The position numbers were made by a program, and so were the translations under genes. Source: an uncultured virus (IMG/VR IMGVR_UViG_3300025066_000021) (lineage: Duplodnaviria > Heunggongvirae > Uroviricota > Caudoviricetes). From it: 64,000 nucleotides of DNA. Below the pieces are notes generated by a model. The model had not been told where the DNA came from, did no database searches, and worked only from the letters and a program-made list of their open reading frames with translations. Where the stretch lies: the IMG/VR virus record IMGVR_UViG_3300025066_000021; one strand, 5' to 3'. Positions 46,090 through 54,238 of this stretch are shown one piece after another. The first letter of the stretch is position 1, and every line of letters starts with the position of its first letter.

Positions 46090-46221
46090 GAGTCGTCGTG
46101 ACGGACGCTGTTCAGGTGAGATTCCTGGATGTATTGACCGAGACTTCAAAAGCTTGGTTAGTATAGTCTAAGTCGGTTCTTGTGACCGATTGATGAGAGA
46201 GGTTCGAATCCTCTACGGCTC
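46090..46221 (+). ncRNA. oversized tRNA-like RNA 1 (132 nt)
   Basis: 7-bp acceptor GAGTCGT/ACGGCTC stacked on AGAGG-TTCGAAT-CCTCT T-arm; three internal hairpins with G-U pairs. Confidence 0.7.
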
Positions 46222-46227
46222 TTTTTT

Positions 46228-46384
46228 GGTGCATGTCACCTGAAAATACCGAAAGTTCTTCGGGAATTAACGCTTGTGGAGATGTTCCGTTGGGAACGTC
46301 AGTGAAGCAAGAATCTAATAATAGATTTGAATTGAATAGTGCTTAGCACTAAAGATTTAGATTTATGTAAATTTAGAAGAACGG
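46228..46384 (+). mobile_element. non-autonomous IS607 derivative / orphan TnpB omega-RNA scaffold
   Basis: 46243-46384 is homologous to the reverse complement of 50776-50921 (tnpB 3' end and right end), ending ...GAACGG; the 5' part resembles the IS left end. Confidence 0.8.
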
Positions 46385-46482
46385 TTTTTAAGTTACCATG
46401 TCCGCAGAAAACTTAGATACTGTCTCCCGATTTATAGGCGACAAACTTGGCGGTCTAGTCAAATTGAAATCGGGAAGCATAT

Positions 46483-46601
46483 GAGGATGGTATGGCTACG
46501 GGATTCTTTTCTGTTATCGTACCTTGGTTTGTCAAAACTGATGATATCAGGTTATCGTTTATTTTGGTTAAACTCCTTGAAGTTCGATCCTTCACGTCCT
46601 C
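46483..46601 (+). ncRNA. oversized tRNA-like RNA 2 (119 nt)
   Basis: 7-bp acceptor GAGGATG/CGTCCTC stacked on TGAAG-TTCGATC-CTTCA T-arm; three internal arms. Confidence 0.65.
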
Positions 46602-46634
46602 TTATTCCCTTAGGGGAATTATGTTTGCATAAAC

Positions 46635-46673
46635 AAAAAAGACTCTCTTGCCTATCTCAAGAGAGTCTTTTTT
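46635..46673 (+). terminator. bidirectional-type intrinsic terminator closing the RNA operon
   Basis: AAAAAAGACTCTCTTG-loop-CAAGAGAGTCTTTTTT. Confidence 0.85.
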
Positions 46674-46687
46674 CTGTAAAGGAGATT

Positions 46688-46813
46688 ATGAAGAATATCT
46701 TTCCTGTAATATTAATTCTAAGCACAATTATAGCTGGCAGTTTTGTAGGAGAAATTGAAGTAGATATTAACACTAAACCAATTGACAACCACAGTTTAAA
46801 TGTAGTAGATTAA
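46688..46813 (+). CDS. small secreted or membrane peptide (41 aa)
   Basis: AAGGAG RBS, hydrophobic N-terminus. Confidence 0.55.
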   Translation: MKNIFPVILILSTIIAGSFVGEIEVDINTKPIDNHSLNVVD

Positions 46814-47659
46814 TAAATGTAAAACCAGGAACGGAACTTCCGGGTTTTGCGGTTTTGGGAATACGAGCGGGGGAGGGGTCCCCCGCTTTTTTTATTTGCA
46901 TTAAACGAAATGGTATGGTAGTATTAGATGAGTCGAAATAAAGTTGGTTTCTAATCTGGGAGCGGATTTTATAAGACTCAAAACTTTGCTAGCAAGACTT
47001 ACAAAAACCTTGTTAGTAATTTTAGGGTTTTTGGTAGTAATATGTCAAAAACACCAGATCGAAAGAGCCGGAATTTCCGGCTCTTTTTTATTGACCAAAA
47101 ACTTTAGTTACCTTATAATAGAATAAAGGAGTATTTAAAAGAGCAGGTAGCCCAAAAGCCATAGGTAAAACCGGATTCAAATCTTTAACTTATGAAGCAG
47201 AGTTGCCTAACTATGGATCAGACTGTTTTGATGAAGTAATAGTAGACAGACTTCCTAGGTTTGATTTGAGCAAGACTTTTGAAGCAGCAGCATTCTGTAA
47301 ACAACTACAAGAAGCTGAAATTAAGGTTTTAAGACTAGCTTACAAGACTTTTCCTGGTCAAACTGTTTTACCTGAGACAATGAAATTTACTGTTAGTAAC
47401 GAGGGGTATTATGATGAATTTGAAAACCTTGTGGTAACATTTTCTTTCGAGGTAAAAGAAACTTTAGAAGAAAAAGAAAAAAGAGAGCAAACCGCAGTCA
47501 AACGAAAGTTATCAGCAGAAAAAACAGCTAAAACTCGAAAAGACAAGAAAAGGGAAAAACTATTACAAGAACTTAAGGATGATCCTGAATTACTCAACCA
47601 AATAAAAAAGAGTCTTGACACTAAAATAAGTAAGTAGTATAATAAAATAAAGGAGAGTT

Positions 47660-48058
47660 ATGAAAGTACTAATTTTTTTGTTACTAAACACTTTAGCATT
47701 TTCTCAGGGGATTAATCCTGAGAATTATTATCCTCAAACTTATATGCCAATGCCTGTAATGCCGATGTACCAAGCTCAGCCTCAAGCTCCTGTTATAATT
47801 AATATTATTAACGGGCAAGCTCAACCTACACAACAAGCGCAGCAAAACCTCAGGAGACGTGGTAAGAATTTAGGAGTAAGACTCAGAAACATGGGAGCTG
47901 TTTACACAGGGTACTCAGGATATAAACATTACAAGAGAACCGGGGATATCAAGAGCTTTTTGAAAAGCGGTAAAGCTAAAATTGGCGTGGGAACTATGTT
48001 GTTCTCCAAGCCTCTCAGTAAAATTCCAGGGCTCAAGCATTTGTTAAAGCTAAGATAA
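47660..48058 (+). CDS. signal-peptide protein, Q/P-rich
   Basis: MKVLIFLLLNTLAFS N-terminus; own TTGACA-N17-TATAAT promoter. Confidence 0.65.
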   Translation: MKVLIFLLLNTLAFSQGINPENYYPQTYMPMPVMPMYQAQPQAPVIINIINGQAQPTQQAQQNLRRRGKNLGVRLRNMGAVYTGYSGYKHYKRTGDIKSFLKSGKAKIGVGTMLFSKPLSKIPGLKHLLKLR

Positions 48059-48516
48059 TGTTAAGCACTGCTTTCATGTTTATGATTTCGTGCTTTCTTT
48101 GTGTGGGCTACCTGATTCTCAAAAAAAGCATAAACACTCATTTGCTTAATGAGTATTGTAAGCAAGAAATAGATTTTAATGTTTCCCAAGAAATGAAAGA
48201 TCAAGTTGACCAAGTAGCTCGTAGACTGTGGGTTGATTACATATTCGCTGAACCCTATTATATAAATGATTTGAAATACTTTGTTGACGAAGGAATAAGC
48301 TTGGGAACTCTGGAAACTCAGCTAGAACACATAGGAAGCTGTGCTAGACTGTATAGCTATGTTTGTGAGGACTTACTTCCTATAATTCATTTCTTACGAA
48401 ACAAACTTCAAGAAGTTAATATCAAACGAGATCAACTAGGTCTCCAGCTTTTCCAGGACCTTAGTCCCCAGACCCTTTCTTATAATGATGGACCTATCAT
48501 ACTTTTTGAGTCGTAA
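48058..48516 (+). CDS. membrane-anchored protein, tandem paralog A
   Basis: Similar to 48516..48938 (ILKKxIN..LLN..C..EIDF...TLExQL...KLxEVNxKRxQLGL). Confidence 0.75.
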   Translation: MLSTAFMFMISCFLCVGYLILKKSINTHLLNEYCKQEIDFNVSQEMKDQVDQVARRLWVDYIFAEPYYINDLKYFVDEGISLGTLETQLEHIGSCARLYSYVCEDLLPIIHFLRNKLQEVNIKRDQLGLQLFQDLSPQTLSYNDGPIILFES

Positions 48517-48938
48517 TGATAACCACATTCTTTCTATGTATAACCGGGTGTATAGGATACAAGATTCTTAAGAAAAGAATAAATGCTCGTTTGCTTAACC
48601 AATTTTGCATGGAAGAAATAGATTTTAGTATTTCTAGTGAAATGAGAAAAATAGTTAAGGAATCGGCTAAACGAGCTTCTGAAGCCAGTGCTTTCAGCGA
48701 AAACGCTTGGGACCATGATTTACAATATTTTATTACCAACGGAATAAGTTATTATACCCTGGAAAACCAGCTCAAAGAATTAGGGGATTGTGTTAAGTGT
48801 TACTCGCATTCCTGTGCAGACATGGTGCCGATTATTTTTTATTTGAAAGACAAACTCAAAGAAGTTAATACCAAACGAAGTCAGCTAGGGTTACCTGCTT
48901 TACAAGACCGAAGTCCTGAGTCTTACGCCTCCTCTTAG
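48516..48938 (+). CDS. membrane-anchored protein, tandem paralog B
   Basis: Same shared motifs as 48058..48516. Confidence 0.75.
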   Translation: MITTFFLCITGCIGYKILKKRINARLLNQFCMEEIDFSISSEMRKIVKESAKRASEASAFSENAWDHDLQYFITNGISYYTLENQLKELGDCVKCYSHSCADMVPIIFYLKDKLKEVNTKRSQLGLPALQDRSPESYASS

Positions 48939-49540
48939 GCCAACCTTTTTATAAATATATGATAGAAACAGTCTTTGTTATATTTACTGCTCAAGTAATG
49001 ATGTGGATAGGAGCTGGCCATACCGCAGCTAGAAGAGCGGTTATAAAGCGTCATGTCCACGAGAATCTTGACACAACCATACCACCCGACGTTCTTAAAA
49101 ACATGGCTAATGGTATAAAAGAAATAAATAAATTTCCTAGTTGTTTTTCTAACACAATTACCAGTTATGAAAGAGCCCTGGAAAAAGCGCTTTTAGATTT
49201 AATTTCTAAGTCTAAATTTAAACCAGAGAAAATAGGCTCAATAATTGACTTACTAAATGAAAGGTACAATAAAAGTCTTGGCTTGTCTTGTACAAGAAAC
49301 TTTTTTTATAATAAGCGTGACCACGTTATCTTAGAATTATCAAAGTATAAGTATTACGATTAAAAAATTAATAAAATTAATCTTGGAGTTACATTATTCT
49401 ATGAATAAAGATTTTTCCAAAAAGTTTTGCCCAAAATTTTTTTTTGTATAAAACCCTTTTCGGAGTTACATTATTCTATGAAGAAAAAAATCCTGCTCAA
49501 AAAAAAATAATTTGGAGTCACAAATTTCGTTGGAAATTAG

Positions 49541-49996
49541 GCTGACCCGAAAAGTTGGTCGCAGTAAACTGATAACTAGATCCCCCCTAGGCTTCTGGTC
49601 TAACAGATCTGCGGGGTGTTACTCGAAAAGAGCAGTTGACCAAGGGGATAACTCGGAATGCCCAGGAAACGAGTCTTTAGACTTATGGTAGTACTTGCTT
49701 GGAACACTAAAATTCCAGGTGAACATCTTAATCACTGGATTACCGGGGAAAACAGAAAAAAGGATTCTGGCCCCTTACACTACCCTGTAAATACCTCCAA
49801 GTCTTAGTTGAAGTTATTAACGTCCTTAGTTCGCCACACTGACTGAGAAAGACCACGACTACTCTTTCCCACTTGGCCTGTGTAAGGGACCTGCTAAGAG
49901 TCTTTTACTTAGCGAATAAAAAGACTCTTATATCCTTTGCCTTCTTGTTACCTGAGGTGTGCGGGTTCCTGAGGTAACATGAGTACAGTGTACTCA
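49541..49996. ncRNA. candidate large structured RNA
   Basis: About 450 nt, ORF-less, visibly GC-richer than flanks, with a long-range 12-bp helix and several hairpins. Confidence 0.4.
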
Positions 49997-49997
49997 C

Positions 49998-50390
49998 TTA
50001 AACAAACTTTGTCAACTTGTTCTTAATCTTTTGTATTTCTGTTGGAATAGTTGCTCTTCGAATCCACCACTTAATAGAATATTCTGTGATAGTTAATACA
50101 GCAAATGCTAATTGAACATCCCCTAACACAAAATAAAGCAAACCAAAGCACTGAGCGCTTACCCATCCAAAAGTGTAACCTAGGCCACATGTCTTTTCAT
50201 ATTCTTTATCGAATTGATGCTCAGCGTAATTCTCTATGTCCTCTGTTTTAAGTTTAGCTGTATCTTTGATGCTCTCAAGATTAACAACCCCTTCCAGGTA
50301 ATCTTTTTTAAAAGGTTTGTGAAACTTGTGGTGTTCGTATCTATAACAATAAAATAACCACGAGAAGAATAAAAGATATATTGAATGCAT
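49998..50390 (-). CDS. hypothetical membrane protein
   Basis: AAGGA RBS; TAGACC-N17-TATACT upstream. Confidence 0.6.
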   Translation of the reverse strand: MHSIYLLFFSWLFYCYRYEHHKFHKPFKKDYLEGVVNLESIKDTAKLKTEDIENYAEHQFDKEYEKTCGLGYTFGWVSAQCFGLLYFVLGDVQLAFAVLTITEYSIKWWIRRATIPTEIQKIKNKLTKFV

Positions 50391-50808
50391 AGTAATCCTT
50401 AGGTAACTTTTATATAGTATAACCTATTAATTTTAAAAGGTCTACTACTATCAAACCAAAAACCTTAAGGGAAAAACCAGACAACCAGAAAAAACACAGA
50501 GTAATATTGTCCACACCAAAGACTCTCTCCAGCTTTTTATGCCTCCTGATCTGGCTATATTAAAAAGATTGTATATTAAAAACCTTGCTACAAAAATTAC
50601 AAGGCTCTCTAATAGTAATAAAACTATTAATCCTACCATCCTAAACTCCTGTCTAGCTCATTAGTTTGAAAAGGTCTGTTACTATCAAACCAAAAACCCA
50701 AACGAATAATACAAGAGAATATACAGAACAGCAAACTAACACAACCCATACCAACGATTCTCTCCAGTTATTCAGCCGTTCCTCTAAACTTACATAAATC
50801 CATTAAAG

Positions 50809-52050
50809 TCATACAAAAGTACTCCTTTGATTGGAATTATTGTTAGATTCTTGCTTCATAGACGGGACTAATGTTCCATCTCCACAAGCGTTGATTCCCG
50901 AGTGAACTCTCGGTATTTTAAAAACATTATGAAACCACCAGACCAAATTGAGAGCTGCGTTCAGGTCTCGACAGAGGCTTATTCCGCATTCCTCACACTG
51001 GTAAACTCGGGCACTTAATTTCAACTCTTTCTTGACCTCTCCACAGCCTGAACATCTTTTGGAGGAAGGGAAGAATCTGTCCGCAAGGACGATCTCAATC
51101 CCTTCCCAATCACACTTGTACTCAAGCTGTCTTCGGATTTCTCCAAAGGATGAATCTGCTAAACTCCTACTCAGTCTTCTGTTTTTAATCATATTCTTAA
51201 CTGCCAAGTCTTCAACGACGATTGCCCTTGGATTGGTTTTCACCAAGGCAGCAGTCATCTGATGGATAGCATCTCTACGAATACAAGAAATTTGATAATG
51301 AAGTTTAGCTAATTTCTTTTTGGCTTTGGTTCTATTGTTAGATCCTTTTTTCTTCCTACTTAGGCTTCGAGAAAGTCTTTGGAGCTTTTCTAATTTATTT
51401 TTTAAGACTTTTGGATTTTGAAATGGGTCACCTTTTGAAGGCGTAGCCAAGGTCTTAATACCTAAGTCAACTCCTAAGATCTCAGAACTAATTCCTAAAG
51501 GAATTTCTGGGATTTCTTCTTCAACTTGGAGGGAGACAAACCATCTTCCGGCTACGCTGGAAACTGAGGCTGATAATATCTTTAAGTCTTTAGGCAAATA
51601 GCCTTTTTCCTTAACTTTAAGTTTACCTAATCTTGGTAGTTGGATATGGTTTTCATCCAGTACCTTGATTGATCCAGTAAGTCTGAAGCTTTGCTTGGAA
51701 TCATGCTTTGACTTAAATCTAGGGAATCCGGGCTTCTCTCCAGATTTCCTACTCTTAAGTTTTCTGAAGAATCCCTTGTAAGCTTTATCTAAATCTCTTA
51801 GGGCTTCTTGAGGAGCACACTTTGAGACTTCATACATCCAAGGAAATTCAGTTTTCTTTAAGGGATTAAGTTTCTTGTGAAGACTAATAGCATTAAGCTT
51901 CTCTTTAGATTCAGCTTTATAAGCTTCTATTTTAAGATCCAGTCCCCAGTTATAAGTGAACCGAGCTGCACCACAATGCTTTGCAAGCAGAGTGCGTTGC
52001 TTATTGTTTACCTTGAGTTCGGTCTTATAACCTCGGACTATTGTTCTCAT
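50809..52050 (-). CDS. tnpB: RNA-guided endonuclease TnpB
   Basis: GAARFTYNWGL, GFPRFKSK, RuvC residues GVDLG / VEDL / RDLNAA intact, CxxC..CxxC zinc finger. Confidence 0.95.
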   Translation of the reverse strand: MRTIVRGYKTELKVNNKQRTLLAKHCGAARFTYNWGLDLKIEAYKAESKEKLNAISLHKKLNPLKKTEFPWMYEVSKCAPQEALRDLDKAYKGFFRKLKSRKSGEKPGFPRFKSKHDSKQSFRLTGSIKVLDENHIQLPRLGKLKVKEKGYLPKDLKILSASVSSVAGRWFVSLQVEEEIPEIPLGISSEILGVDLGIKTLATPSKGDPFQNPKVLKNKLEKLQRLSRSLSRKKKGSNNRTKAKKKLAKLHYQISCIRRDAIHQMTAALVKTNPRAIVVEDLAVKNMIKNRRLSRSLADSSFGEIRRQLEYKCDWEGIEIVLADRFFPSSKRCSGCGEVKKELKLSARVYQCEECGISLCRDLNAALNLVWWFHNVFKIPRVHSGINACGDGTLVPSMKQESNNNSNQRSTFV

Positions 52051-52661
52051 TTTTTATTCTTTGCTCTTAGAGTAGCGGAACGCTTCCCATAAATCTTATT
52101 ACTAAAGGAGGACATCAAAGTTAAAATATCCTTAACCAGTTCTTCTTCAAAGCTCTTGTTCAAGACTTCTTCTACCCAAACAATTTGAACTCCGTGAGAA
52201 CCAAAGAAGGACTGAAGGAATTCAAAATTAAATCTGGTGAGTCTATCTTTGTGTTCAATGATTACCTTGGTAATATTTTTACTTACTATTAACTTAAACA
52301 AAGCCTTAAGTTTAGGTCTTTTAGAATTCATCCCAGATCCTACTTCTTCAAAACATTGTTTAACTATAAGTTGGTTTTGAATACAGTAATCAAGCAATCT
52401 TGACTTCTGTCTATCTAAGTCTCCCTTTTTCTTTTGGTCGTGAGAAGATACTCTACAATAGATTACTACAGAGTTTTTTCTCTCTGCTAAATTGGGGGTT
52501 AGCCCTTGTAGATTCTGAATGTCAGAAAGCAGGTATCTCCGGTGACCGCCCGCTGTTTTTACAGGAGATATTCTTCCTTCTGCTTCCCAGCCTCTAAGAG
52601 TATTTTGAGACACACCCAGAAGTTTTGCAGCCCTCCCTATGGAAATCAAAACCTCACTCAT
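52047..52661 (-). CDS. tnpA: IS607 serine-recombinase transposase TnpA
   Basis: MerR-like HTH (AAKLLGVS..TLRxW, GGHRRY), YCRVSS, DRLTRF, ELVKD, YGKRS. Confidence 0.95.
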   Translation of the reverse strand: MSEVLISIGRAAKLLGVSQNTLRGWEAEGRISPVKTAGGHRRYLLSDIQNLQGLTPNLAERKNSVVIYCRVSSHDQKKKGDLDRQKSRLLDYCIQNQLIVKQCFEEVGSGMNSKRPKLKALFKLIVSKNITKVIIEHKDRLTRFNFEFLQSFFGSHGVQIVWVEEVLNKSFEEELVKDILTLMSSFSNKIYGKRSATLRAKNKK

Positions 52662-52833
52662 GAGCTTCCTTCATTTTATTAAGAAACTCATCGTAAGTTT
52701 TTTGGAATTCTTCTACAGTAGGTACTTCGCCTTCTTCAAAGGGAACTGGATGAGGAGTAATAGTTCCGTCTGCGAACTCTACTTCATCCTTAGTTACTTT
52801 AATTACTTTCATCTGTAACCTTTTAGTTTTCAT
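52654..52833 (-). CDS. 59-aa ORF inside the IS, coupled to tnpA
   Basis: AAAGGAG RBS; MKTKRLQMKVIKVTKDEVEFADGTITPHPVPFEEGEVPTVEEFQKTYDEFLNKMKEAHE; stop overlaps the tnpA start region. Confidence 0.75.
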   Translation of the reverse strand: MKTKRLQMKVIKVTKDEVEFADGTITPHPVPFEEGEVPTVEEFQKTYDEFLNKMKEAHE

Positions 52834-53803
52834 GATAATCTCCTTTCAAAAGTTATTGTGAAGAAGTTTACCATGTGCTACTATAGTAAGTAAATTAAAG
52901 AAGTATTAGAAAATTGTAACTTTTTGTAAATTTTGGTAGATTTTCAGGCTACTGTCGTGAACCCCCGTACCTATAGACCAAGAAACAAAAAAAATACTAG
53001 AAAAAACAGAAGTAACTAAACCCTCAGAACCTCAAACTATCTTTACCAGTTGCGGTGACCGTGTTTTCATGTACACCAATACAAAGGAAAAGAAAGTTTA
53101 TAGAGTAATTCTTGATAAGATAAGGGTGTTGTTACGAGACGGTGGCTCTGTGGATGTCTATTACTACGATGACACCCGCTCCTTCTTGTACCATCCTAAT
53201 CCAGATCAACTTTACGCAGAAGTGTATAACTGCTTGGATTCAAAGGAAACTTATGAATACAAGTAAACAAGGTAAAATAATAATTGCACTAGCTGTTTTA
53301 ATCCCAGCACTCATTGGACTAGGAATAAAACTATACGACCACAAAGCTGTTTTAACAGAAGCACCTCCTACTAAAACAATCTTCTCTAGTTGTACAAAGG
53401 ATTTATACACAAGAGTTGATACCGAGGACTCAGTAATTTACTTGGTTAAATTGAACCGAGTAATTAAGATACGGGCTTCTAATGGTTATGTGTGTTAAAT
53501 ACATGTCTGGTCACGAGAGTTGTATTAGTAACATAGAGGATGACGGAAAACTTTCGGAAGAAATCTATAATTGTAAGACAGGGTACTAGTGAGATCAAAA
53601 ATTACTTTTCTACAAGCCCTCATCAGTTTCACCGGACTGTTTGTGTCACTTATTTTAAATTCTGAGATGCCAGTTAATATTCATAACACCTTAGCATCAA
53701 TAGGAATTACTCACGGCTTTGTAGGAGTAGTTTTATATTACCAAATCAAAAAACACTGTTGACACTAGATCACCTTTGCAGGTTAATAGAATAAAGGAGA
53801 ACT

Positions 53804-54238
53804 ATGAATTACTACGAGATATTCAATCAATACATTTCTTTAAGGTACGATAAACCCGAAGAAGCTGAGGCTATTCGACACTCTATGATTTCTGGTGTGT
53901 TGTCTGACTTAAAAGAGATGATACAGAATCCTGTTACCTCTAGTGACACTGCTTGTCCAGATGACCAAACACAAATAAAATTCAAGAAGCTTCTTTATAT
54001 GTTAGGAAGTCTATCATTTGAGACAGACTGGAAAGGAAGAAGCGCTGTTGAAACCGATGTTTGCTTTAACGCTATTGAACACTGGAATCCAACTAAAATT
54101 CCTTATAACAGTAGTAGCACTGAAATTGTAGCACTAGCGAGTAGTATAAGCAAATGGGCAAACCAGTTTATCAGTTCTCATACCGAGAATATGACCAGAG
54201 AGCTAAAAAAGTATAAGGAAAAATATGGCGAGATTTAA
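53804..54238 (+). CDS. hypothetical protein
   Basis: AAGGAG RBS, TTGACA promoter upstream. Confidence 0.7.
   Translation: MNYYEIFNQYISLRYDKPEEAEAIRHSMISGVLSDLKEMIQNPVTSSDTACPDDQTQIKFKKLLYMLGSLSFETDWKGRSAVETDVCFNAIEHWNPTKIPYNSSSTEIVALASSISKWANQFISSHTENMTRELKKYKEKYGEI

Larger units (their letters stand above)
8740..49482 (+). repeat. dispersed 22-bp box TGGAGTTACCTTATTCTATGAA, 13 copies, all in the same orientation
   Basis: Copies start at 8740, 11244, 13660, 15281, 17009, 18901, 20434, 22886, 24155, 28341, 36863, 49384 and 49461. Confidence 0.9.
50776..52964 (-). mobile_element. IS607-family insertion sequence (orf-tnpA-tnpB)
   Basis: Serine recombinase tnpA plus tnpB; GG at both ends (minus strand), no long terminal inverted repeats, short direct repeats near the ends; left boundary uncertain by 1-3 bp within a G run. 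Confidence 0.9.

Noticed and set aside
46130..46170. tRNA-Sec or opal suppressor (ACTTCAAA loop)
   Set aside because: UCA lies in a 10-nt loop on a 13-bp stem and the acceptor/T geometry is 7/5 with extra arms; this does not fit SelC architecture
46481..46687. N-terminal part of the 110-aa ORF 46481..46813
   Set aside because: No RBS, overlaps tRNA-like RNA 2 and a terminator; a strong RBS supports a start at 46688
8740..49482. CRISPR array made of the 22-bp boxes
   Set aside because: Copies are mostly kilobases apart with genes in between; no regular spacers and no cas genes
24679..49993. Shared GAGTACAGTGTAC beside two candidate ncRNAs
   Set aside because: A single 13-mer match is not unexpected in 64 kb; only two copies
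49541..49996. RNase P RNA, tmRNA or group I intron
   Set aside because: Their conserved signature sequences were not found on either strand by eye
52861..52877. Orphan guide targeting the IS left end (shared TTACCATGT)
   Set aside because: Only a 9-nt exact match, not at the guide's scaffold-proximal end; expected by chance
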